Part shown: one piece after another, positions 13,165 to 26,599 of the stretch | Position numbering within the stretch: the first letter of the stretch is position 1 | Layout of the letters: each line of letters opens with the position of its first letter | Assembly (NCBI RefSeq): GCF_001194135.2 | Contig: NC_068993.1 | Location: 2,151,753-2,215,752 of the forward strand | Source: Octopus bimaculoides | Taxonomy: Eukaryota | DNA: 64,000 nucleotides | Direction of reading: 5' to 3' | Notes under the pieces: model-generated | Databases searched by the model: none | The model's input: the letters and a program-made list of their open reading frames with translations, nothing else | Told to the model about the DNA's origin: nothing | Position numbers and translations under genes: made by a program

Positions 13165-13229
<65 letters not shown>
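13165..13229. repeat. (ATCT)n microsatellite
   Basis: Direct reading. Confidence 0.95.
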
Positions 13230-13230
<1 letters not shown>

Positions 13231-15017
13231 ATGTGTGTGTATGTGTGTGTGCGTTTGCATCTATATATACATAAATATATATATATATGTATACATACAT
13301 AATACACATATATATGTATATTTGTACGTATGTCTATGTATAAATGTATAAGCGTGTGCGTAAATATTTCTAAACATTTCTAAATATTTCTACACAAAAC
13401 TTCCGTGTAACTCTTAAAGAGTTTTCATATTACAAGGTTGAAATTGGAACTCACATATTTTCCGTTAAGATATTGTTGCAAATTTGTTAAGATTTGTTGC
13501 AGACAAGGAAAACTTTTTCCGCAAATAATCCAATGCACATCTTTAACCTACAATAACCTATAATAAAACTGCTTGCATGTCTTTATGTATATGTGTGTAG
13601 GTTTAAGTGTGTAGCTCTTTACGTCCATGTGTGTTTCTGTATGTTTCTCAAACGTTAATTTTCAAGTAATGTTTTTGACGTAATATGCAAAATTTATATA
13701 TCCGATGTAGTAAGTTATGTCTCATGGAAATTCTGTAAAATAAGATTTTGAGTTTTTTGTTGTTCCAAGACAAAAGAACATCTGCACGGAATAATGTCAT
13801 TGATATTTCGTGGAGATTATAAGGATCATTTGTAGAAAAAAAACTATAACAGAAGCTAAAATATGAAAATATCAACCAAAATACAACAATCACTTATGAA
13901 AGAATGTTGAAGAGGATTCTAAGAGCTGTTGAGATTGTGTTAGTTCGCTTCTAAAAATGAATAGTTTTCATATTTTGACAAAGGGTTTAAGAATACTATT
14001 CAGTGGATCTGTAAATATGGAGAGGTATAGAAATTTCCTGTTGAGAAATTAATTCTTTGCTATCGAACATAACTAATTGAATTAAAAGAATTTTATTCTT
14101 CGGATGAACAATAACATTTGTATTCTTGCTATGAGAACAGAAAATGGTTTGATTCATAGAATGGAGACGACGTATTTGCTTAGATGGATTAAGCTTAACA
14201 TTTTTGTAGCTTAAATCAAAACGAAATAAAATGTACCAGGTTCTCTTATGAAATGAAAATAATCAGGAGAAAAGCACCATCAAATAATGATTTGACGGAA
14301 GCTGCTGTGTTGTTGAGATTCTATTCCAAATGGAATAGCAACCAGCATCAAGTTAGTTGATTGGAAGTCAGACTAAAACAATGGAATCTGCTACAAAGCA
14401 AGTTAGTTGAACATTTATTGTTCTTTACCAATATTTTATTTTTTCTCTTCCACAATAGAATACTTGAACAGTGTTTTGGCAGGGATATTCACTGCAGATT
14501 CTATTGATTTTACTCATAACGTCTTTTTCCCTTCGATATTTTATGGGAGAAAAAAAAAAAAAGAAGACGAAGAAGAGAAATCATTAAAAAAAATATTGGA
14601 ATTTATTTCAAAAATTTAATAATAATAAACAGTAAGATATGAAATAAAGTTTTTTTTAAATATTCTGTGAAAATAAAAATATAATTATTTTGCTGTAATT
14701 CCAGCCAAGTATAGATATCTAGGTGATGTGTTCAAGTCACTTAACGCTGCTGCTCTGACTGATAATAAATATTGAAATAGAGACAAAGAACAGGATATGG
14801 TGGTTGTCATTCTACCATTTTTCTTCCAAAATGAGGTCCTTTTATCATTACTTTTTCTCTGCTGGACTCTTGGTGAATATATTCATTAAAATAACGAACG
14901 CCAGAAATCACAACTTTTTTGTTAGACATCCAGTGACTCCCGTTACAATTGTACTGGATTTGTTTCACATAAACGCAAGTATAGATGTGTGGACAAGAAG
15001 CTTACTTTGCATCTAAA

Positions 15018-15278
15018 TGTTTTCGGGTTCAGTCCCATTGTGCAGTACCTTCGGCAAGTGTCTTCTACTGTAGCCCAGAGCCGACTAATAATTTGTGAGT
15101 GTTAGCCGAAACAGTGTGGAAGCCCGAGGCATATGTGTGTGTGTCTGTGTGTGTATGTATGAATAAGTGTATGAGCTTGTGTGTGTGTATGTTAGCAACC
15201 TGTTGCTGAACAACGGGTACTGCGTAGCTTACGACTCCATAACATAGCGGCTTCTCAAGAGAGATCGACAGAATATTA
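15018..15278 (+). mobile_element. SINE family C, diverged, with internal (TG)n
   Basis: GGGTTCAGTCCCATTGTGCAGTACCTTCGGCAAGTGTCTTCTACTGTAGCC, then a TG tract, then tail-like ...CCATAACATAGCGG...GAGAGATCGACAGAATA. Confidence 0.75.
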
Positions 15279-15394
15279 AGAAGAACTGTATGTATTTATT
15301 TACTAAATTTACATAAACATATCTTGAAATACTAAGGAGTAAGTTTATTCAATAAAATTTCCACGGCTTCCAGACATCTTCGAAATCTCCTGCA

Positions 15395-15591
15395 AAGTTT
15401 GGCACAAGACCAGCAATTTCAGGGGATGGAGTAAGTCGATTACATCGACCGCAGTGATTAACCAGAACTTATTTTATCAATCTCAAAGAATGAAAGGCAA
15501 ATTCAGTCGCGATGGAAATTGAGCTCAGAACGCAAAGACGGACGAAATGCCGCCAAGCATTTTGTCCGACGAGCAACGATTCAACCAGCTC
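15395..15591 (-). mobile_element. SINE family A (tRNA head plus Nin-like domain)
   Basis: Reverse complement of GAGCTGG..GAATCGTT...AAAATGCTT.GCGGCATTTC...TTTGCCTTTCATTCTTTGAG.TTGATAAAATAAGT; homologous to 52385-52585. Confidence 0.8.
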
Positions 15592-16507
15592 CCTGTGTTA
15601 GTTTTTCCTACATATTGCAGCACACCAAAAGAAATATGAAACGAATATACCATAAAGATAGCAACATTAATCTCTCTTATATATTGCAGCGCTGCAGCAT
15701 AGACTTCAGTTTTTTCCTCATCCATTTCATGCTCAGTAGATGGTTATTGGTTTACCAATTCCAGTCACAACCATAATGACTAAAGAAAACTAACTAAAAC
15801 TAAACTATGAGAAAAGAATGAAATAGCTTCAAGCCAATTCCACGCAAGAAATATCTTCCCTATTTTACTCATTGGCAAAATATAATTTTATATTTTCGTT
15901 TCCTAATCATTATCACACTTTTACTATTTTATCTCTTTGGCATCTATAATACTATCTCTTTCACACATCTAGAATTTAATCGTCTCACACCTCAAGTTTT
16001 ATTTCATTACTCGTTGTTTTAAAATCACGATTAACCTTTCGATTCTCAACATATTTCAAGCATTGCCACAACACTTCTGTAAATTCGAACATATGTTTCC
16101 CTCTCTCTGTTTGAATATACCTTCTCTCATACTGGGTTTATAAGTAATATTCTTATTAGATTGCCCAATTTAAACTCTTTTTAAATTTAAGTTATACTCT
16201 GAGTTTCTAAGTTTAAAATGACCCCTACTAATTTCATATTCCTTTTTATTCAAATTTGTTAAAATGCAATTTTCTTCCTATATCCGAAACTGTTGCAGAA
16301 CCCCACCCTCGGCTATTGAGTATCAAAAGTAAAGCATCATAAAGCGATGTGAGTGTAAGATTAGGTGCGAGGAAAGAGGTAGTTTTGTGAGCCAAAAGGG
16401 AGGAGTTGTAGGTTTGTAAAAATGTAGGTCTAACGGGAAACGATGATTCATACGTTAAGAGAATGGTAAAGACTTGTAAATAATTCTTACTTGGCGAGGA
16501 GTTATAG

Positions 16508-16792
16508 ACATACACACATACATACACACACATACATACATACATATATACATACATGCACACATACATACATACATACATACATATATACATACATACA
16601 TACATACATACATACACACACACATACATACATACGTACATACGTACATACATACGTATATATTTTTAAAGAAAACGCAATGAAAGGAGATGGATTGTTT
16701 ACAATAGTAGGAATGGAAAGTAAGTGAAAGAGAGAGACAGAAAGAGAGAGAGAGGGACGGTGTAGTGTGTGTGTGTGTGTGTGTGTGTGTGC

Positions 16793-16856
<64 letters not shown>
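16508..16856. repeat. Compound microsatellites: (CATA)n 16508-16658, (GT)n 16765-16791, (AG)n 16794-16856
   Basis: Direct reading. Confidence 0.95.
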
Positions 16857-16859
<3 letters not shown>

Positions 16860-17535
16860 AGACAGAAACATTATGTGCTGGTATTAAAGAAGATAACTCA
16901 AGACGAATAGGAGGGAATCAGTTATTCAGCACTGAAAGGGATAAAGGGAAGGAAAAGGAAGGAAGGAGTGTCGTGTTGAAAGAGAAAGAAATTTAGTGGG
17001 AGATGGAGAGAAAGAAATATTGATATTTAGGTTTTGAAAGATAAGGTGTTCAACTGAAAGTCAGAGGAGACAAAGAGTGAAGGATAGAAAAGTAAATAAA
17101 TGTAGGAAAATGCTGAGCTGTAAAGTTGATGAAAGATAAGAAATAAACGCTACATTGCAATATAATTTGTAAGAATGGGTAAGAAAGAACACGAAAGAGA
17201 AATTAATGAGATGCTATTTGGGAATTTCTTTTGCTCAGCCAGAACTGTAGAGAGTAGGGAGCTGGTTGATTTTATCGATGTGGTATTATCAATTCTGTTA
17301 TTGATTGCTTGAAACCATGGAATCACAGAGATGAAGGAGCGTGTATAGCGTTGTGGGCAACCAAACTAATTGACTGAACTGTAGTTCACCAGATGAAACT
17401 CTCAGTAAATCGCGTAACTGGCGAAGGCGCTATTTTCTCAGTAAAAATTTCCTGCAGGTAGTTGAAACACCGAAAACCTGAAAATGTGTATATACAATTA
17501 AAAATCACTTATATCTATTCCGAAGGAATTATAAT

Positions 17536-17569
<34 letters not shown>

Positions 17570-17738
17570 NNNNNNNNNNNNNNNNNNNNNNNNNNNNNNN
17601 NNNNNNNNNNNNNNNNNNNNNNNNNNNNNNNNNNNNNNNNNNNNNNNNNNNNNNNNNNNNNNNNNNNNNNNNNNNNNNNNNNNNNNNNNNNNNNNNNNNN
17701 NNNNNNNNNNNNNNNNNNNNNNNNNNNNNNNNNNNNNN

Positions 17739-17780
<42 letters not shown>

Positions 17781-18704
17781 CCATTATTCAGTTTATTTTA
17801 AGATTTCATGCCGATAGAGAAAGAACCGGTTTCTAACCTTAATCCAAGGTTGTCTTGTCATATAGAAAATGAAAATATGTTTTTTTGCTGGAGTCAACAG
17901 GATAGCTGTCGACACGTGTATTGACATTACGCGTTGTCCACGTCACAGGAGTTTTCCTACCATGTCACCACCAAAACAAGATACACAGCTGCAAATACAA
18001 AGAGAGGAACTCTAACACATATTGTACACACACACACACACGTACGTACGTACATACGCATGCACATATGCATGTGTATATGTGCGTCTGCTTGTAGGAT
18101 AGTAGAATGGTACTCTGATGCATTAAGCAATGTAGTAATTCTTCCAGATTATTTTATTTTCTAAACATATATTATATTACCGATTTGTTTTAATGTATTT
18201 GTCTGAGTTAACAGTAGATAATAGCAAAATAAATTATTACTCTTTAGCTGATAAAAACGCTATGTTTTTAATTCAGTGGATACACTACCAGTAATCTTCT
18301 TCCAGTATTTAATTATTTTTCTAACTATTTTATTATTACCACAAATTTTTAAAATAAACTTCCGAAAATTCAAAGCAACTTAACATTTCCTTCAATATTT
18401 AATTCGATCACCATTTAATCTAGATACGCAAACGGATTTTATATTTGCGTAGTTTGTAGTAAAGTCACATCTGTATGAAATCCAACGTTTTATTTCTCTA
18501 ACATATATTTATTTCATACGCGATAACAAATTTTATAAAATAGAATTAAAGCTAATATTTTTAGAACTTTAGACTAAGCAGACCAAATTTTCGACGTTAG
18601 TGTCAACATTATTCTTGCTCTCTTTCCCTCCCTCACTCTCTCTCTCTCTTTCTTTCCCTGTCTCTTTTTATGTATACATACATACATACACTATACCTAT
18701 ATGT

Positions 18705-18734
18705 ATGTATGTATATATATACATATATATATAT

Positions 18735-18806
<72 letters not shown>

Positions 18807-18810
18807 ATAT
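18705..18810. repeat. (TA)n-(TG)n compound microsatellite
   Basis: Direct reading. Confidence 0.95.
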
Positions 18811-19539
18811 ATATGCAGTACAGACATATACTCAAAAAAGATATATAATCCGAATGCCTATGCAAATACAAAGGAAATCTACAAATGAATAAAAGAGAGT
18901 ATCTTATGGAAATAAACTTAAAATAAATTCATTGGAGCCAACGTGTGTTAGACTGTTACTAGAGATAAGAATCAGATGCCATATAAAGCGTTTTATACCT
19001 GCGTAGCTCTGGACAATCTTTTTTGTTTGTTGGTTGTTCTGACATTTGTGCATTAAGTATAATTACTTCATATCACATAAAGAGAATCCTAGCGTGACTA
19101 CTCCACTTCAAAATAATGGACATTATCTTTCATCTGCTTGTCAGCGAAAGCTTCGTAGTCATTCTATCCACGGTTAGAATAACAGACTTCACATTTTGTG
19201 GAATTCGACTTTGAAGTTCTGTAATATCTAATACAATTTACCTTATGGAACTATAATTGGTGCAAGGGAAAGTTTTCATCAGAGCAACAGTTCGGATGTT
19301 AATGTAACGTCTGTTATATAACATATTCAGAGAAATATAATCCTATCAAGCAGTATGCATTGATGAATCTGCTAAGGATATCCCCTATCGTCACCTGGAA
19401 TGTTCGACACGCCTGGACAAAGACATTTATTGTGATACGATGATTTGGGAAGAGAAATACGCACAGATTTGTGACCACCACTCTCAAATATCAAATTATT
19501 CTTCTCTTTACTGCAATGCGATAATTCTAACTTTTATTT

Positions 19540-20640
19540 ATTGGATATCTTCATAATGTCATTACATAAGTACCCACCAATACGGTATAGACAATAACCA
19601 CTCTATTCTCGGACGAAGCCATGTTTAAAATTATTGCGTATTACAGTAAAGTATTAAAACGCAGACATTACTTATAGAAAATCAAATACGCACCGGAAGA
19701 GGGAACAAACAACCAAAAGCACAGGGACGCGGGAAGTTGTGATACAACCCACAGGCAAATACGAATTCCATTTTAATATTAAAAAAATGTTTTCTTATTC
19801 ATCACGAAACATTTCCGGAGTGTACATAGATTCCATGACAAGTTGAGATTTAATTGTATGAGGAATATATGTAAATGATCGCCAAACCACAACGAAATTA
19901 TCCCATGGCAACAGCGACAAGGGCAAGAGAAGGGCATTCAGTTGCTGTCTCTTATGCAATGGACCTGTTTGTTGATAGAGAAAAATGTTCTACAATAAGT
20001 ATGTTATAAGATTCTGTTGTATGCTACAACTGGATCGGCTGCATAGGGTTTACAAATGCACATTAAACATCTATATCTTTTCTTCATAAAATAGAGAACT
20101 AACCCAACAGATCTGAGTATCAAATAATAGGGAAATAACTTCACTTAGGGAAGATAGATAGAGTATTAATATACAACGTTCTATCTCATTTCCTTACAGA
20201 CAAAACTCCACATAATCGATCCTCTGGCCAAGTTTAAAAAAAAGAACAGAAAAAATGGAAAAAAGAGAAGTCCCAACTCATTTTAACTTAGGGAAATATA
20301 AAAAATATCTTTTTAACCAATACCGGAGCAGGTTTCTACAAGGATGTCAGGCAAAGATAATGGATCCGACATAATATTAGCGCTATAACGTGAACAATCA
20401 CGTCCAGAGACGCCATCCACAACACGATTTACGACATGGCTACTCTAGATCCGAAATAACTATTGATGCCTGCAAAACTAACGGACTTCTTTAAGAAAAC
20501 TATTAGTTATCTGACCAATCATATTATCAACTACACGGAAAAATGTCTTAATCACTTTTATTATTTCACTTCACGATGAATGCAGTACATTGACGGCAAC
20601 TAGACGAAACTTTAATATACCAGGAAATAATCAAGTTAAC
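19540..20640 (+). pseudogene. Decayed Penelope-like element (RT thumb, linker, GIY-YIG region, 3' terminus)
   Basis: LFSDEAMFKIIAYYSKVLKRRHYL*KIKYAP (from 19603) resembles LSSDEE.F..A..YY..AL.RSGY..KL.Y.P. FLFITKHFRSVHRFH...CMRNI...NHNEII (from 19792) resembles FL.LIDKHFP..H...CM.N...HN.KI. A degenerate CGATGA...GAAAC lies at 20574-20610. Confidence 0.6.
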
Positions 20641-20898
20641 CAGCACAGGTTTACATGAATATACACAAACTCACAGCTACACATATAGACACACACATAC
20701 ACACTCACACACAACAATATAGGTTTATAGGTTTGTGTGTCTCTATGACACCGGTGTAAATTTAAAACTGATATTCATTCATACATATTAATGTAATTAA
20801 ATCATTCTATTTCTAATAAATCAACAGGGAATTTTGAATACACACTTTCTTCATTATAATTCATTTCTCAACAAACATATATCTATTCATTAATATTT

Positions 20899-21472
20899 CA
20901 GGGTGATTCTCGAACTGTGACATTGTGTGTCAGTAACAACAACGTTTACTTGTCTTGGAGTTTGTTAATTCGCCAAGTTTAAACACCAGACGACGATCAT
21001 TGAATAGGAGACACAGCAGGGAATACATTGGTAGCACTTTCGTATTTGAATTTCTTTGAAAGAAGGAATTTAATAATGTCTAACATTGAATTAATGTAAT
21101 TAATTAAAAATAAATTTCCCTCTTCACTCAGGAAATATTTCGAAAAATGTGTCTGAAATTCAGACATATCATTCAGATTTCGCTATAGTGAGATAGATAA
21201 CAAAACTGCTATGGCCAAAGATGAACTGAAGGCAAAGATAATAGCAGCATTCATCAAATTATACAAGGAGTCTGTCAAAAAGACCAGCCTGGAGATTTCG
21301 AAGACGTCTGGAAACCGTGATGGAAGCGAATGGAGATTTTATTGAATAAATTTACTCCTTAGTATTTCAAGATATGTTTATGTAAATTTGGTAAATATAT
21401 TTGTTAAAATGAGATGTCGGTGTTGTTTTTATTTTTGCGTAATTTATATGACAGTTTATTCACCGCACCCTG
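20899..21472 (+). mobile_element. Non-autonomous Tc1/mariner deletion derivative (probably DD37D/maT-like)
   Basis: Retains the transposase C-terminus KDELKAKIIAAF..., frameshift, RFRRRLETVMEANGDFIE* (stop 21347-21349). Ends are CAGGGTG (20899) and CACCCTG followed by TA (21472-21474), with a shared inner AACTGT. Confidence 0.75.
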
Positions 21473-21704
21473 TATATATGTGTGTCACTGTGTAGACATT
21501 TATGTTGTTAGGAGTTCGGCAAGAACACAACAGAACACATCTCAACTTGATGAAGCCTTTTAGTATAACACGGAAAGTCCTCACTTCACCATATTACCAG
21601 CAATAATAATGACTCGGTTCAACAACATAAATTAGACATCACTAATAATACATGGCAGACGGGACAACAGAAATACAAGCCATTTAAACATTGAACGCTT
21701 ATAG

Positions 21705-21727
21705 CACTACTACTACTACTACTACTG

Positions 21728-21775
<48 letters not shown>

Positions 21776-21777
21776 TC
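21705..21777. repeat. (CTA)n microsatellite with an adjacent CAT/CTC low-complexity tract to about 22000
   Basis: Direct reading. Confidence 0.95.
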
Positions 21778-23059
21778 ACCGGTGTTGCTGCTGCTGCTAC
21801 TGGCACTCCTGATGCTGCTGCAAGCAGCATGATACATGAAAGTATTATTTTAAAGAGATAGATTAATTTAAGGATGATCCTCACCATCATCAACATCATC
21901 GTCATCATCATTACAACATAAACCGCCTCCGCCTCCTCCCCCTCCTCCTCATCATCATTATCAACATCACCATCATCGCCATCATCTTTATCAACGTCAT
22001 TACTCTCGTTAGTATTAGTGTCAACAGCATCGACAATTCCTCGTTCACCGTCACCATTAACAGATGGCGTCGGCACTATATCTAGCCTTAGAACCGTAGC
22101 ACCATATCGAGGCTTATTACTCTTCCTTCCATATTGTCGAACTGGAATTTCGCTTGCAGTGTCAAATACATTTTTAACAATCCAATAAAACAAATACATT
22201 TGAAATGATTTTAATTATCGCACCCCCCACTCCTATTAAACCTCGTGTTATGATAAATTCTAATCCATTCCAGGAATATACAATACTTGATACAGAATAA
22301 AAGAAAACACAATATATTCAAAATGACACGTGTTCAATAACTACGGGATATAAAAGAGGACTTGAAATATTCAAAATAGCAATTGTGAACAACTAATTAG
22401 TTCCTACTGTTCATTAAGGTTCCATTCCACCACGAGGAATTCTAGAGGCTGAAAATAAATTTTAATCTTCGACAAATGTTTGTCAGTTCCAAATGCTCGT
22501 TTGCAACAAGTAAAAACCATTTAAAATTATGTACAGTTTCCTGAAATTTATGATTTTACGATCTATAATATGCTACAATATTAATTTAACTATTTAACTG
22601 CAATGTATATACACAGGCAGTAACGTATACATACAGGTGTATATGTACGCACGCACACACACACGCGCGCGTGCTCGCACTCACGCCTACATATTCATAC
22701 AAGCATACGTATCATGTCTATTTTCCCCTCTCTACAGTAAAGTTCTATTTTCCTTCTCTCTTTCTCTTCTTTCTACCTCTTACACATTTTCTCATCTCTA
22801 GTTACCTTTAACTCTCTGTTCCCATCACTAACTCTTTCTCAAGCTACTGACTTCCACCTTTTCAATCTTCATCCCGTCTGTTTACCTATCTAATTAATCT
22901 ATCACTGTTTATAATACTCTTCCTCTCTCTCTCTCTTCCACCACAACTACTATCTTCTGTAAGGCATTAAATGAGACTACAGAAAAAACAAATCCCAGGA
23001 AATAGTAAACCTTGATCTGTGACTTAACATATATATTCCAATAACTAATAAACGCCAGC

Positions 23060-23140
23060 TGAAAAATGCCGCTACACAGACTCGAACCTAGACCCACAGC
23101 ATGGCAAGAGGCGTGGTATCGTTTACACCACAAATTTCGC
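23060..23140 (-). mobile_element. Degenerate tRNA-like (SINE head) fragment
   Basis: Minus strand GTGGTGTAAACG (A-box-like)...TTGCCAT...GGTTCGAGTC (B box); the anticodon stem does not pair. Confidence 0.35.
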
Positions 23141-23249
23141 AATTATATATTTTGTATTATAATAGCTTTATAACGTATCTGTTCTTGTTAAAATACCAGT
23201 TAGGAAGCCATGCAATGAATATATAAGCATCGTATATGCATACATATTA

Positions 23250-23305
23250 GTTTCAATTTTGGTGCAAGACCAGCAATTTCAGGGAAGGGTGTAAGTCGAT
23301 TAACC
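23250..23305 (-). mobile_element. 3' fragment of SINE family A
   Basis: TTTGGTGCAAGACCAGCAATTTCAGGGAAGGGTGTAAGTCGATTA nearly matches 15399-15442. Confidence 0.65.
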
Positions 23306-23344
23306 CCCACCCCACCCCACCCCATACAATATATAATACATGCC

Positions 23345-23775
23345 TTAATATTGAAGCATGGAAAGAAGAGCTCCCTGTTTCGGATGACGAGCAGCTGCCC
23401 CGCAACATTCTCTTGGGTTTCCTCAACGTCTTTAAATATTTTGGGGGTTTTCACTGCGAAGACTGAGCCTTGGTTTTGGGATCATAGCCATAACCCACGA
23501 TTCGTCACCTGTTATGATTGTTTTCAAAACGCTTTCGTTTTCCTCAATCAAGGAAATCCTGTGTAGTTGAGAAACCGGTGTTCTTTTTGAGACGACCACA
23601 CCCTACACACTTTACTTCCGAGCACTGCTATAACCAACAGAAATGAACAAGAACGATATAAATTACTGTACATACACGACAGAGTTTAGGGTCAACCTGT
23701 GCCTAGTGGCTTGACTCTGTGGGCTTTAGCTCCGTTACCACGGCAACAGTCCCGATACTTTTTGATCAGACCTAG
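23345..23775 (-). pseudogene. Internally deleted mariner (irritans-like): 5' TIR plus first catalytic Asp region
   Basis: TA-flanked TIR CTAGGTCTGATCAAAAAGTATCGGGACTG at 23775. Minus translation LKTIITGDESWV, frameshift, GYDPKTKAQSSQ*K. The 5' region is shared with 58150-58345. Confidence 0.8.
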
Positions 23776-23949
23776 TAAACACGTATGTACATGGTTCATG
23801 TGCACTTATTTTCATATAGAAGTATTATATATTATATGCATAATACCTTGCACAACAAAACATTAAAATCTCTATATGTCAATGTATATTGTATACGTTG
23901 CTATTTAACTGAGCAGAGTTGTTAGAACAGCATGTCTTGTTTGTAACTA

Positions 23950-24615
23950 CGCACTTGTGTCTTTTATTAGCAGAACATATAGAAACACAGTGAACATTGA
24001 AAGAGAGACATTTTTAACAAAGACAAGTAGGATTAGTGAAACATTTATCAAAATAGCAATACGGACGACGATGCAGCTGAAAGAAACACCTACGTGAAAA
24101 TCATAGAGAAGTTGTGGAATATAAGGAATCCTGGAGAAAGGAATGGAAATTCAAAAGAGTTATCTCAGGTAATATCCATATCTATGTAATCCAGATTACG
24201 CTACACAGAAGAGCACACATATTGCAGACAGGCAAATCCACTCAAATCATATATATTCCATATACAGTTATATACACATATATTCCATATACAGTTCCAG
24301 GCTCTCTAGATTCGATCCAAAGAAATTGAAAAGATTGAGAAATATGAGGACCTCCCCAGAAATGAAGAGATTCGGGAAAACAATATTCCTATGATAATTG
24401 GTGTGTTTGGCATAACCATCAAACTGCTACCTAATAGGTTGAAGGATGTTGGAATTGAATCTCCAATTGTCGACCTGCAGAAAATCGCAATCCTGTATTC
24501 TACAAGAGCTTTAAGAACAATTCTTGAGATTTGAGGAGTCTTGTTTTCACCAAGCCTAAAGGTAGCGTTCCTGCTAACCGATGTCATATGTAGTAAGCGT
24601 TAATGATAATAAATA
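23950..24615 (+). pseudogene. 3' end of an R4/Dong-like non-LTR retrotransposon (restriction-like endonuclease C-terminus)
   Basis: 24319-24534 reads KEIEKIEKYEDL...IPMIIGVFG...LKDVGIESPIVDLQKIAILYSTRALRTILEI*, matching the EK.EKY.DL...P.VIGALG...LQK.A.L.TAR.LR..L* pattern. A short 3' UTR and a TAATGATAATAAAT tail follow. Confidence 0.75.
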
Positions 24616-25824
24616 TGGACTCTCCCATCGAAGACAACGTATGAGAGTTCAGCTTTTGCAGAACGACCTGCCACACAAATGATTTGTTTATGGTGATCAA
24701 ATGTATGTACAGTACATATGCTCAGTCCCTCCATCAAATCACATACGAAATATTTCCCTCATTCCATATTATTCTTAGAACGCCACGTCTGAAGCCTCTA
24801 CGGTTAATGGATCTTGTAACACACTACACAAATTGATTTTCAGTGCCATCTCTCTTGCCATGGCCAGTCTGGGAAGGTGAGCAAAGATTACAGAAACTTT
24901 TCCTCTTTTTGGATCACGGAGTGCCACCGAATATGGACTCGTTTAAGCAAATTATTCGTAAACCAACGATCGATGTGGTGCGAGATGCTTTTGACTTGAA
25001 GGTGTTAATTGGGGTTCCATGTTCTATAGTTTATATATCTGGATCATTAACTGACACTTTCTTACACTATTCCAAATGACCAACCATCTGCTACAAAGGA
25101 TTAATGATCTGTGAAGATAAATTGTAAAACAAAGGTTAATTAGATGTTGAATTAATTAGTCTGTTTCAACTGATAACTTGTCAGTTTACAAATGATAATT
25201 AAGACATTTGCTTGGAAGGTAAATAGAGGAGACAAACAATGAAGTCAATTGCCAGCAACTGTAAACTGGCAAATGTGAAAATCAATGAGGCATCATATGT
25301 TGACAGTGGTGTGAGAATAAAATGATACATCAGATAAGAGACGTTATACAATGATAGCATTATATGAAAATTAGACAACAGATTTCAACTGCTTTATATG
25401 ATAATATGCCTAAGAATGCGTGCTGTGTAAGTACTTAGTGATTTATTGTTAGGTATGTGTTATGTGTGTGTTGTCTAGTATTAATAGCTGTTGATTTTAT
25501 AGAGTATATGTTGTGCTACAGGTTGATGGTGATCCATATTGTATGTGTGTTGTGTGACATGTTATGTTGTTTGGTGGGAAAAATATACTTTGCTTGGCGA
25601 GAGTGATATAAGTACATTTTACATATGATATGGGCTGCACATAAGAGAGTTTTTTAGAACATATTTAACGTTGCAAGTGTTTGTATGATTTGAACATATT
25701 TGGTCGGAGGGGACGATCCATCATTAATGGTAGTCTTTTCATTTGTGACAAATATTCTACATATTCTTATTTCAAAATCCCTACCGTTTCACTCAGTATT
25801 TTGCTGAGACAGAACGATGTATCT

Positions 25825-25975
25825 GTCAGTGATACAAATTTCGCCGGCGTCCGCTTTGCTAGTCATCCTTTTGGGGCCGCTAAAATGAGTACCTGTCGAG
25901 CAGTGGAGGCTTTGTAGTCGACTTGCCCCCTCCCCCCACAAATTGCTGGCCTTTCTCCAGAATTTGAAACTGATA
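25825..25975 (+). mobile_element. SINE family A, 5'-degenerate
   Basis: CAAATTTCGCCGGCGTCCGCTTTGCTAGTCATCCTTTTGGGGCCGCTAAAATGAGTACC...GTCGACTTGCCCCC...AAATTGCTGGCCTT. Confidence 0.7.
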
Positions 25976-26169
25976 TTTGTTTTCCACTTGATCTTTCTTC
26001 ACTTGACAGATTATTATTCATTCTTTAGTGTTAAATACTGAGATCCTTTGCTTTCTTCGTGTAAGTATATTTCGTTAATTCGTTTTCGTTTGCTTCCGTT
26101 TCATTTTTCTCGCACCATAGTCCACGCCGTGTGGGGCTTTTATTTTCATCAGAACCTTTCGTCCTTGCG

Positions 26170-26540
26170 TGATGGGTATTTTCTTTTATTCCTTTATTTG
26201 TTTCAGTCATTTGACTGCGGCCATACTGGAGCACCGCTTTTAGTCGAACAGATCGATCCCAGGACTTATTCTTTGGAAGCCTAGTACTTATTCTATCAGG
26301 CTCTTTTGCCGAGCCGCTAAGTTACGGGGACGTAAACGCACCAACATCTGTTGTCAAGCGATGGTTGGGGAACAAGCATAGATATACACAAACACAACAC
26401 ACACACATACGACGGGCTTCTTTCAGTTCCCGTCTACCAAATCCACTCACAAGGCTTTGGTCGGCCCGAGCCTATAGAAAACCCTTGCCCATGGTGCCAC
26501 GCAGTGGGGCTGAACCCAGAGCTACTTTCCTCACAGCCAT
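26170..26540 (-). mobile_element. Near full-length SINE family C with internal (TG)n and A-rich tail
   Basis: Head and CORE-like domain at 26410-26540, CA tract, 3' module GGTGCGTTTACGTCCCCGTAACTTAGCGGCTCGGCAAAAGAG..., ending GGTGCTCCAGTATGGCCGCAGTCAAATGACTGAAACAAATAAAGGAATAAAAG. Confidence 0.9.
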
Positions 26541-26599
26541 ATTCTATTTATATCAGCTTCCTAATACTATAGATGGAGTGTATATTCATGCCTATTTCT

